64,000 nt of DNA from Prevotella sp. UBA4330 (GCA_002394385.1 DGTS01000011.1:60722-124721), one strand, 5' to 3'; shown: positions 9,791 through 18,122, counted from the stretch's first letter. Notes: generated from the letters alone by a model not told the origin. Numbers and translations: made by a program.

Positions 9791-10438
9791 ATGACTTGGA
9801 TTACATCATTGCTTAACAACCTCAACTACCCCACCATCTTCTTCCTGATGATGCTGGAGAGCACCGTGGTGCCCGTACCCTCAGAACTGGTGGTGTCGCC
9901 AGCCGCTTACCATGCCGCAGGAGGCAACCTTAACATACTGCTGGTGATACTTTTCGCAACCCTCGGTGCCGACCTCGGCGCAACAATCAACTACGTTGCG
10001 GGATATTACCTCGGCAGACCAATTATATATAAGTTCGCTAACAGCAAACTGGGACATCTCTGCCTGCTCAACCAGCAGAAGGTGGAGAAGAGCGAGAAGT
10101 ACTTCTACGACCACGGAATGGCTGCCACAATAACGGGACGTCTCATTCCGGGCATTCGCCACTTGATATCTATTCCCGCCGGACTTGCCAAGATGAACTA
10201 CTGGAAGTTCTTGCTTTACACTACCATAGGAGCAGGCGCATGGAACTGCATCCTTGCCGCTCTCGGCTGGTATCTGCACACCATCGTTCCCGAAGAACAA
10301 CTCCACGACAAGATTCTCGAATATGGCGACTACATCAAATGGGGCATCATCGCCCTCGTCATCCTCGCCATCGCCTATTTCGTCATCAAGAAATACCTTT
10401 TTAAGAAGAAAGAAGAAGGCGGAGAGAAGAAAAACTAA
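9791..10438 (+). CDS. dedA: DedA family membrane protein
   Basis: ESTVVPVPSE, GRLIPGIRHLISIPAG, and the DedA TM pattern. Confidence 0.9.
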   Translation: MTWITSLLNNLNYPTIFFLMMLESTVVPVPSELVVSPAAYHAAGGNLNILLVILFATLGADLGATINYVAGYYLGRPIIYKFANSKLGHLCLLNQQKVEKSEKYFYDHGMAATITGRLIPGIRHLISIPAGLAKMNYWKFLLYTTIGAGAWNCILAALGWYLHTIVPEEQLHDKILEYGDYIKWGIIALVILAIAYFVIKKYLFKKKEEGGEKKN

Positions 10439-10572
10439 AGAGGAAAAGAAAAAAGAAAAAGGCAACGAAAAGAAATAAAACTCCCGCCCCTCCTTTCCCC
10501 GTCCCCTACGTCGCGACACCGTCGCGACTCCCCCACAACCACTAACCGCAAACTACTAAAACCTAACCTGAA

Positions 10573-11802
10573 ATGAAACGAATATCTATCATTGCAGCCA
10601 TTTGCCTTTTCGCATTGGCAATGTCCGCCCAGAAACGAGGCAACAAGATAACCATAACGCCTAAGGCAATAGGCACCGAGACAAAGGTGGCTACCGAAGT
10701 GGGCATCAAGAGCGGGTGGCGCTCGGCACGAGTGACCACACCCGACGGCCATACAGTGCCTTGCCAACTCGACGACCTCAATGGCGACGGCTCGCCAGAC
10801 GTGGTGTTTTTCTTCGGCGAGGCTGGCAAACGTCATGTCATCACGCTTAGCAAGGACTTGCCGCAAGAGACCTACGAGCCGCAGGTCTATGCCGAACTGA
10901 TGCTCACAAACAAAAAGATTAAGGAGGAGAACAAGCAAGACTTGTACATCTCGCAACTCACTGTTGACAACGGCACGAACCCCTACTGGATGCTGCATCA
11001 CCACGGCGCGGCTTTCGAGAACGAGCAAGTGGCATACCGCATCTATTTCGACCATCGCCAGACGGTTGACATCTACGGCAAGTACCGCAAAGGACTGGAA
11101 CTCCGGCAGACGCAGTTCTATCCCGACGCAGAGCAGAAAGCCAACGGCTTCGGCGACGATGTGCTATGGGTGGGACAAACCCTTGGACTCGGAACTCTCC
11201 GCGGATGGGACGGCTCGAAGCCTCTCATGCTCACCGATGTGGAACACCGCTCGCAACGAATCGTAGCCCGCGGACCGCTCCGCACCATCGTTGAGGTGAA
11301 AGACGAGGGTTGGACCGTCGTTCCAAAAAGTGGAAATGACACTCCCGACACCCATCACCCAACACCCAACACCTCAACCCCCATAACCATGACCGCCCTT
11401 TACACCCTTAACGCAGGCGACCGTCATTGCACAGTTGACATCCGTTTCGAGGGCGATGCCGACAGCCGTGAATTCGTCACTGGCCTCATCAACGTGAAGA
11501 ACTCCACTGAACACAGCGACGGCAAAGGGCTTCGCGCCTGCTGGGGAACCGACTGGCCAGTGTCTGCAAAAGACTCGGTGGGACACAAACGCGAGACCGT
11601 TGGCCTCGGCATCTACATCCCCGAGGAATACGTGGTGAGCCAACTGCCAGCCAATAAGGACAACTACCCCATCGTAGTGCGTCCCCGCCACAACCACCTC
11701 CGCTACTTCATCACCTTCTGCAGTGCCAACGAGAGTTGGGGCTTCAAGTCCGACGACGAGTGGTACCGCTATCTTGAGGAGTGGAAAAAGACCGTAAGAT
11801 AA
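10573..11802 (+). CDS. Secreted DUF4861-like protein (Bacteroidota, often linked to polysaccharide use)
   Basis: Signal peptide plus HHGAAFENEQVAYRIYFD, DIYGK, DDVLWVG, TLGLGTLRGW and IVARGPLRTIVEV. Confidence 0.7.
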   Translation: MKRISIIAAICLFALAMSAQKRGNKITITPKAIGTETKVATEVGIKSGWRSARVTTPDGHTVPCQLDDLNGDGSPDVVFFFGEAGKRHVITLSKDLPQETYEPQVYAELMLTNKKIKEENKQDLYISQLTVDNGTNPYWMLHHHGAAFENEQVAYRIYFDHRQTVDIYGKYRKGLELRQTQFYPDAEQKANGFGDDVLWVGQTLGLGTLRGWDGSKPLMLTDVEHRSQRIVARGPLRTIVEVKDEGWTVVPKSGNDTPDTHHPTPNTSTPITMTALYTLNAGDRHCTVDIRFEGDADSREFVTGLINVKNSTEHSDGKGLRACWGTDWPVSAKDSVGHKRETVGLGIYIPEEYVVSQLPANKDNYPIVVRPRHNHLRYFITFCSANESWGFKSDDEWYRYLEEWKKTVR

Positions 11803-11914
11803 CACACCACTTACGCCCTCTCCTACCCTCAAAAACCACCTCCTGCCACCCCACTAATATCAAGCAGGATTCCAAGACATATCAAATAGAATTCCAAGAC
11901 ATATCAAACCGCGG

Positions 11915-11980
11915 AACAAAGTTAATAACATTGTCGAACAAAGTTAATAACATTGTCTAACAAAGTTATTAACTTTGTTC
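11915..11980. repeat. Three tandem 22-bp palindromic units (AACAAAGTTATTAACTTTGTTC family)
   Basis: Units at 11915, 11937 and 11959, preceded by a 22-nt-period direct repeat (ATTCCAAGACATATCAAA at 11869 and 11891). Confidence 0.9.
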
Positions 11981-12199
11981 CCCTATTTATATCTCCCTGA
12001 AAACCAACAAGATACAAAACGCCCTCCTTGTCAGCATTCCTTTAACACAAGACAGGAACAATGCACGAGGTTTTAGAACAAACAACCAAGTACGAGGAAC
12101 TCAGAATAAGTATAAATAATCACAATTACCACTTTTTCACATTACTAACATTGACTTTGGATTTTTTTTTGTATATTTGTGGGCAAATATTGTTATGGA

Positions 12200-12411
12200 A
12201 TGGAACGTAAACGAATTAACCGCCTGAAGGTGGTACTTGCAGAGAAAGGAATGACCAACAAACAACTGTCGGAAATCCTTGATAAGGACCCTGCTGTATA
12301 TCAAAGTGGGTGACTAATGCCGCCCAGCCTAATGTGGAAATGTTCATCCAGTTATCAAAAGTATTGGGTGTGAGTGTAGATGATTTACTTTGGACAGAAG
12401 AACATGACTAA
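12200..12411 (+). pseudogene. XRE-family HTH transcriptional regulator, frameshifted
   Basis: MERKRINRLKVVLAEKGMTNKQLSEILDKDPAV, then a 1-nt shift near 12299, then SKWVTNAAQPNVEMFIQLSKVLGVSVDDLLWTEEHD*. The span is 212 nt, one base short of a full frame. Confidence 0.8.
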
Positions 12412-12422
12412 TAATAGACTAA

Positions 12423-12482
12423 AAACAGCGCCTGAAAGATGAGAGGAATGAAACCGTGACAAATTGTCACGCTTTCGAACTC
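12423..12482 (+). pseudogene. Internal fragment of a Bro-N (phage antirepressor-like) gene
   Basis: Translates KQRLKDERNETVTNCHAFEL, matching the KQRLKxEGNETVTNCH signature I recall from Bacteroidota Bro-N proteins. It has no start codon and follows a stop. Confidence 0.6.
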
Positions 12483-12540
12483 CGCGTTGCAGATATGTTA
12501 ACAAATTAGGACTTGTGCCAGCAAATATTATATAGGAACT

Positions 12541-13398
12541 ATGGATATACAGAAAATACATCAATACAAGTCGGCCTTCGACTTGATAGCGAAGAGCATC
12601 AAAGACGATGAGGGAAACGCCATCGAAGTATGGTATGCACGTGAGTTGCAACAAGTGTTGGGCTATGCCCGATGGGAGAATTTCGTGGTAGCCATTGGTC
12701 GTGCCATGGAATCGTGTAAGACATTGGGAGTCAATGTGGATGATCATTTTCGTGAGGTCACGAAAATGATAGCTTTGGCCAAAGGAGCTCAGCGCGAAGT
12801 TCAAGACTTTATGCTCACGCGATATGCCTGCTATTTGATAGCGCAGAATGGTGACCCGAAAAAGGAAGAAGTGGCTTTTGCACAAAGTTACTTTGCAGTC
12901 CAAACTCGTAAGGCAGAACTCATTGAAGAACGATTAAACGAAGTGGCGCGTCTGAATACCCGTGAACGCCTACGGGCCTCTGAGAAGCAGCTAAGCCGTA
13001 ATATCTATCAACGCGGAGTGGACGACCGTGGCTTTGGCCGCATCCGTTCAAAAGGTGACTATGCCCTATTTGGTGGTCTGTCAACAGAACAAATGAAGCG
13101 TCGACTTGGCATCAAAAGCGGTGCTTTAGCCGATTATTTGCCCACATTGACGATTGCCGCCAAGAATCTTGCTACGGAAATGACCAATTACAATGTAGAG
13201 CAAAAGGACCTATATGGTGAAGCAAGCATCACAGCCGAGCACGTGCAGAACAACCGAAGCGTTCGTGGTATGCTGGGCCAACGTGGTATCAAGCCCGAAG
13301 ATCTTCCACCTGCAGAAGACATTAAAAAGGTAGAAAGGCGGGTAGCCAAAGATGAGAAGAACATGCAAAAGGACACATCAAGACTTCCAAAGAAATGA
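12541..13398 (+). CDS. dinD: DNA damage-inducible protein D
   Basis: WYARELQQVLGY, DHFREVTKM, LTRYACYLIAQNGDPKKEEVAFAQSYFAVQTRK, RSKGD, LADYLPT. Confidence 0.9.
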   Translation: MDIQKIHQYKSAFDLIAKSIKDDEGNAIEVWYARELQQVLGYARWENFVVAIGRAMESCKTLGVNVDDHFREVTKMIALAKGAQREVQDFMLTRYACYLIAQNGDPKKEEVAFAQSYFAVQTRKAELIEERLNEVARLNTRERLRASEKQLSRNIYQRGVDDRGFGRIRSKGDYALFGGLSTEQMKRRLGIKSGALADYLPTLTIAAKNLATEMTNYNVEQKDLYGEASITAEHVQNNRSVRGMLGQRGIKPEDLPPAEDIKKVERRVAKDEKNMQKDTSRLPKK

Positions 13399-13475
13399 AT
13401 AATAGGTCCACAAGGCTTTTACAGAAAACGAACGAGAGTATTAACAAATTGGGGGGGGGCCTGAGAAAAAAGTAA

Positions 13476-13610
13476 CAAAAAAGACTGCAAGAAATAACAG
13501 AAGGAACAAAGCAATGCATAATTCCATTGTTCCAACGTCCAAACAGCTGGACGCAAAAAGAGTGGAGCATTCAGAAAAAGATTTGAACTGCATCAGCAAC
13601 TAACACATTA
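13476..13610 (+). pseudogene. N-terminal remnant of a DUF262 (GmrSD-like) gene
   Basis: Stop-bounded frame QKRLQEITEGTKQCIIPLFQRPNSWTQKEW, resembling the DUF262 start signature IIEGTKQYxxPLFQRxYSW. Confidence 0.6.
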
Positions 13611-13648
13611 AATATCGTATGTGGTGATAAATTAAATGAAAGATAAAT

Positions 13649-16549
13649 ATGAACGAAAATATAATTGACATCATTCAAGATATAAAGGAGCGAGCCGATA
13701 AAGAATACGAGCAAGCGAAAACTGTTCGTGCTATTGGTCGTGGTAATATCTTTTTGACTGGTCCAAAGATGGATAAGCAAATCTGGATTACAAATACGGA
13801 ACCAGAATATACACAATATGGCCCACGTTTCAGGGATGGGTCATTTGCATCAATCACAGATAGCGTATGCAATGCGCTTGTTGAGCGTGGCCAGCTCGTG
13901 GTTTCAAAAAACAAAACGTATGCCCAACGAGTGCTGAGATATTACGATGGGCACCACGATGTGATGTATAATGGTCGTCGTATCATTTTTGACATTCTCA
14001 ATTCTGCCAACTTTATCAATCCATCTACTGGCAATTCGCGTGACTTGTCAAATATCCAAGTGGGCATGGTTGGCATGAAAAACTTCATGACCTTCCGAGA
14101 TATTGCTACGGCACTAAAACAATTGTCGGAAGTTGGTGCTAAACAGAAAAGTGCTGCTGAAGAGGAAAAAGCCGCGCGAAAACGACTACAGGAATTAGAA
14201 GAACAGCGTCAGCGTGACGAAGAGGAACGCCAACGCCAAATAAAAGCTGCTCAAGATGCAGAAGAGAAACGACGCATCGAAGAAGAACAGCGTCGCATTG
14301 AGGAGGAGCGGCAACGTCAGATTGCTGAGGAACAAGAGCGACAGCGCAAAGCAGAGGAGGAACGCAAACAGTTTGAGGAGGAATTGGTGGCACTCTCCGA
14401 CAAGTATGCCAATGCAGCAAGTTTCATTCGTAAACAGGCTTCACTCCGGCTTAACCCGAATCTTTCAGACGAGCAGCTCGACATCAAGTTCTCGCATGTG
14501 TTGGACGGCACTACCGTAGTTATCAACGGTGGTCCTGGAACTGGTAAGACCACAACACTTATCCAACGTCTGAAGTTACTTATCAGCAGTTCTGACCTTT
14601 TAGACTATCGCGAGAATCATCCTGAATGTACGCTTACAGATGAAGAAATCCGTATCGCTTCTGACCCTGAACACAACTGGATTTTCTTCTCACCAACAGA
14701 ACTACTCCGGCAGTTTATGCGTGATAACATGAACTACGAGGGTTTGACCGATACCAACCGTAAGACCGTGGTGTGGGCTGACTATCTGAGAAGGACGCTT
14801 GTGCGCGACAAATATCAATTCGCTGGCGACGATTTCCCGTTTGACTTTGCGAAATCATCAATGAATGAAAGTCCCATCTACACCAGCAACCATGTTGCGC
14901 TAATCAACCGCTTCATCCGTGAATACATCACAGAGATGAAGAAGAAATTGCAGGTTGTGGCAGAGATTGATACAAGTCGTTTCAGATGGCATCAGGTAGG
15001 GAAACGCATCACAGAGGTTTGTAAGGATGCAAATAAACGTATCAGTGCCACTGCCTCACTCGTTAGGCTGATGCTTGACTTGGATGCCATACATGAGATG
15101 CCAACACCGTCAGGCATTCTTTCTGCAAAGGATGTCGTGGATTCCTATAAGGAACAAATGCAACGCATATCTACATCCTATATGGCAGAATGGCGTAAGG
15201 ATGAGAAGTTTTATGCCGACCTTGTGGAAATGGCGAAGAACTGGAAGAACAACAACCTTACTGAGGAGGAAGAAGAGGAAGTTGGCGAAATGGATGAAGA
15301 CGAAATCCTTGCTGGTGCTGAAAACAAACTGCTCTCAACGCTGAAAACCATGATGAAGCGTCTGGCACTACATACCATAGATACAAAGATTACCCTCACG
15401 GGTAGAGCCAAGCAACTCTATGACAAGGTAGAAAGCCGCATCATTGTTACAGACTATGAGAACCTTGCGGAGTATGCTTACTTCATGCAGTTCTTCTATC
15501 CTATCATTCATAATTACGAAGGCTATCTCTTCAACAAGATAACTACTATCTACAAAAACTTCCGTCGTGAAGCCCTGAAAACAGGAATGGCCGGATGGAA
15601 CAAGAAGTTGTTGAAACAGATTGTTGAGGATGGTAAGAACCGACCATTATGTCAACAGGAACAGGCGCTATTGATAGGATTTATCAACAACCTTATTCTT
15701 AGCATACGTTCTGTGTCTGTCCGTCGCTTCGAGGTTCTGAAACACAAGTTCGCGTTGGCTTATAAAGATGTTTGCCGTCCTGTCATTGGCATTGACGAAG
15801 CTACAGACTATACACTCGTTGACTACTATGCCATCAACTCGCTGCGCCATTATAAGGTGTCATCATTTACCCTGACGGGTGACATGATGCAGGGATTACG
15901 TATTGATGGTATTATGGACTGGATGGACTTGCAACGTCCAAACATGTTCAGCAGCGTGGAGGTGAAGGATCTTACCGTCTCATATCGACAAAGTCCAAAG
16001 CTTATGCGATTGGCTGATGCCATCTATGAGCATGAACAGGGGAAACCGTCACCCTACAAGTGTAAACTTGAACAGGATGAAAGTTGTCCAAATCCCCTCT
16101 TGCTTGAATCAAATGATGAGGAAGAGAAAGCTGAGTGGATAGCAAAACGTGTGCTTGAAGTAAAGCAAAAGTATGGCTTTGTTCCATCTATTGCAGTATT
16201 TGTTGCCGATAAACAAGACGCAGCAGAACTGGAGGTGTTGCTAAAAGACGATGGGCGTTTGGAAAACAACGGCATTGATGTGAAGGATTGTAGCTCTGGT
16301 GATAACTTGTCTGCCCAGGATATGTTACGTATCTTCCCTCTGGACAAGGTGAAAGGAATGGAGTTTGAGGTTGTTTTCTTCCATAATATAGATAGAGTGA
16401 AGGCTTCTAAGCTAATCAGCCGCTACCTTTATGTGGGATTGTCGCGAGCCACGTTCTTTATGGGTGTTACGGCAACCAGTACTGATATTGACATTCTTCC
16501 TGAAATAATAGACGAATTTGATACCACAGGAACATGGGGAGAGGAATAA
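13649..16549 (+). CDS. Superfamily I (UvrD/HelD-like) helicase/ATPase, 966 aa, with an N-terminal domain and a long charged coiled coil
   Basis: Q motif LSDEQ, Walker A GGPGTGKTT (14528-14554), Ia FFSPT, Walker B IGIDEATD, III LTGDMMQ, IV LTVSYRQS, V KVKGMEFEVV, VI LYVGLSRA. An E/R/Q/K-rich helix spans about aa 160-250. Confidence 0.85.
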   Translation: MNENIIDIIQDIKERADKEYEQAKTVRAIGRGNIFLTGPKMDKQIWITNTEPEYTQYGPRFRDGSFASITDSVCNALVERGQLVVSKNKTYAQRVLRYYDGHHDVMYNGRRIIFDILNSANFINPSTGNSRDLSNIQVGMVGMKNFMTFRDIATALKQLSEVGAKQKSAAEEEKAARKRLQELEEQRQRDEEERQRQIKAAQDAEEKRRIEEEQRRIEEERQRQIAEEQERQRKAEEERKQFEEELVALSDKYANAASFIRKQASLRLNPNLSDEQLDIKFSHVLDGTTVVINGGPGTGKTTTLIQRLKLLISSSDLLDYRENHPECTLTDEEIRIASDPEHNWIFFSPTELLRQFMRDNMNYEGLTDTNRKTVVWADYLRRTLVRDKYQFAGDDFPFDFAKSSMNESPIYTSNHVALINRFIREYITEMKKKLQVVAEIDTSRFRWHQVGKRITEVCKDANKRISATASLVRLMLDLDAIHEMPTPSGILSAKDVVDSYKEQMQRISTSYMAEWRKDEKFYADLVEMAKNWKNNNLTEEEEEEVGEMDEDEILAGAENKLLSTLKTMMKRLALHTIDTKITLTGRAKQLYDKVESRIIVTDYENLAEYAYFMQFFYPIIHNYEGYLFNKITTIYKNFRREALKTGMAGWNKKLLKQIVEDGKNRPLCQQEQALLIGFINNLILSIRSVSVRRFEVLKHKFALAYKDVCRPVIGIDEATDYTLVDYYAINSLRHYKVSSFTLTGDMMQGLRIDGIMDWMDLQRPNMFSSVEVKDLTVSYRQSPKLMRLADAIYEHEQGKPSPYKCKLEQDESCPNPLLLESNDEEEKAEWIAKRVLEVKQKYGFVPSIAVFVADKQDAAELEVLLKDDGRLENNGIDVKDCSSGDNLSAQDMLRIFPLDKVKGMEFEVVFFHNIDRVKASKLISRYLYVGLSRATFFMGVTATSTDIDILPEIIDEFDTTGTWGEE

Positions 16550-16552
16550 AGA

Positions 16553-16690
16553 ATGACACCGCAATATCTCGGAAATAAAGCCTTGCTCAATAAGAAGTTG
16601 ACAGCCTTCTTTGTGAGTCGCACCATCCTGACTGCACGGGTGATGAGGTGCTGTAATATATTTTTATACAGTTTAACTCCCATGAGTTAA
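16553..16690 (+). pseudogene. 5' remnant of a small DprA/SLOG-like Bacteroidota gene
   Basis: MTPQYLGNKALLNKKLTAFFVSRTILTARVMRC resembles the YLGNxELLxxxKTAFL-S N-terminus. Similarity stops near 16652. Confidence 0.55.
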
Positions 16691-16741
16691 TGGGTAACTA
16701 TAATACACTTAGTGGTTAACTCTAAAAGAGATTATTTTGCA

Positions 16742-17752
16742 ATGAACAACGAGATACAATTTATATTATACCAGTTGCCTGACGAGGAAGGCAGGGTGCA
16801 GGTGGTGATAAAGGACGAGACAATATGGGCTACGCAGAAAGCGATGGCGCAGTTGTTTGGCGTGGGTGTACCCGCCATCAGCAAACATCTGGCCCACATA
16901 TTTGAAGAGGGAGAATTGGACAGAAATGTGGTTGTTTCCAAAATGGAAACAACCACTCAACATGGTGCTATTGAAGGCAAAACCCAGACGAATGAAACGG
17001 CATTTTATTCGCTTGATGCCATTATCGCCGTAGGCTATCGTGTATCATCCGCCCGTGCAACGAAGTTCCGTATTTGGGCTACGAAAATTCTGAATGAGTA
17101 TATCCGTAAAGGGTTTGTGTTGGATGATGAGCGTCTAAAACAGGGCAAGGCTGTATTTGGAAAAGACTATTTCCGCGAATTGTTGGAGAGAGTCAGAAGC
17201 ATACGTGCCAGCGAACGCCGTATCTGGCAGCAAATAACAGATATTTATGCAGAATGTTCATACGACTACGACCGCAACTCCCCAACAACGCGAGAGTTCT
17301 ATCAGATGATACAGAACCGTTTCCACTATGCCATTACAGGGCAGACGGCTCCCGAAATTATATACACCCGTGCAGACCACAGCAAAGAACACATGGGGCT
17401 ACAGACGTGGAAGAATGCACCAGACGGAAGGGTATTGCTTAGTGACACAAAGGTTGCCAAAAACTATTTGCCAGAGAAGGAAATACGGCAATTGGAAAGA
17501 GCCGTGACAGGCTATTTCGACTATATTGAAGACTTGATAGAACGGGAAAATGCTTTTAATATGGAGCAGTTTGCCGCCTCGGTCAATGAGTTCCTTACTT
17601 TCCGCAGATATGCGCTTTTGCCTGACAAGGGAAAAATAAGCAGAGAAGAAGCAGACCGAAAAGCCGAAGAAGAATATCGGCTGTTTAATCCTACCCAGAG
17701 AATAGACTCAGATTTCGACAAACAAGTCAGAGGTCTGTTTGATGAAACATAA
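16742..17752 (+). CDS. rhuM: Virulence RhuM family protein
   Basis: ETIWATQKAMAQLF, ISKHL, YSLDAIIAVGYRVSSARATKFRIWAT, RIRxSER-type RSIRASERR, WKNAPDGR. The likely start is the ATG at 16742. Confidence 0.9.
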   Translation: MNNEIQFILYQLPDEEGRVQVVIKDETIWATQKAMAQLFGVGVPAISKHLAHIFEEGELDRNVVVSKMETTTQHGAIEGKTQTNETAFYSLDAIIAVGYRVSSARATKFRIWATKILNEYIRKGFVLDDERLKQGKAVFGKDYFRELLERVRSIRASERRIWQQITDIYAECSYDYDRNSPTTREFYQMIQNRFHYAITGQTAPEIIYTRADHSKEHMGLQTWKNAPDGRVLLSDTKVAKNYLPEKEIRQLERAVTGYFDYIEDLIERENAFNMEQFAASVNEFLTFRRYALLPDKGKISREEADRKAEEEYRLFNPTQRIDSDFDKQVRGLFDET

Positions 17753-17857
17753 TCAATATGTTCAACCAAGGTATAAGACGTGTACAGAATGTCGGTCGTG
17801 GTTATAGAGGCCACCGGGAAATTATTGAAAACGATGCAGAGACGTAATTGAGATACA

Positions 17858-17945
17858 ATGACGGTAGAATATCTTGGCAATCAGGAACTGTTGAAACTGT
17901 GAAATGGCTGACAATATATTATTTGTTGGGGTAACAGAGCAAATA
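17858..17945 (+). pseudogene. Internally deleted second DprA/SLOG-like remnant
   Basis: MTVEYLGNQELLKL is fused out of frame to CEMADNILFVGVTEQ, i.e. the N- and C-terminal signatures of the same family, joined at a shared CTG. Confidence 0.55.
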
Positions 17946-18122
17946 ACATTCTACATGAGCGAAGCGACCATTGGTCGGGCACTTGGGGTTGTTCTACATA
18001 TAATCATGTTAAGATTCGAAACTTTTCTGCTAAAAACATTGTAATGTGAAAGAAAAAATGTAACTTTGACATCATAGATGCCGAAGTTACTTGCACTCGG
18101 AATAAAAAACATTCGAGTTTGT

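Noticed and set aside
12100-18100. Prophage, ICE or IS as the vehicle for the accessory islet
   Set aside because: No integrase, transposase, relaxase, tRNA target or flanking direct repeats could be identified.
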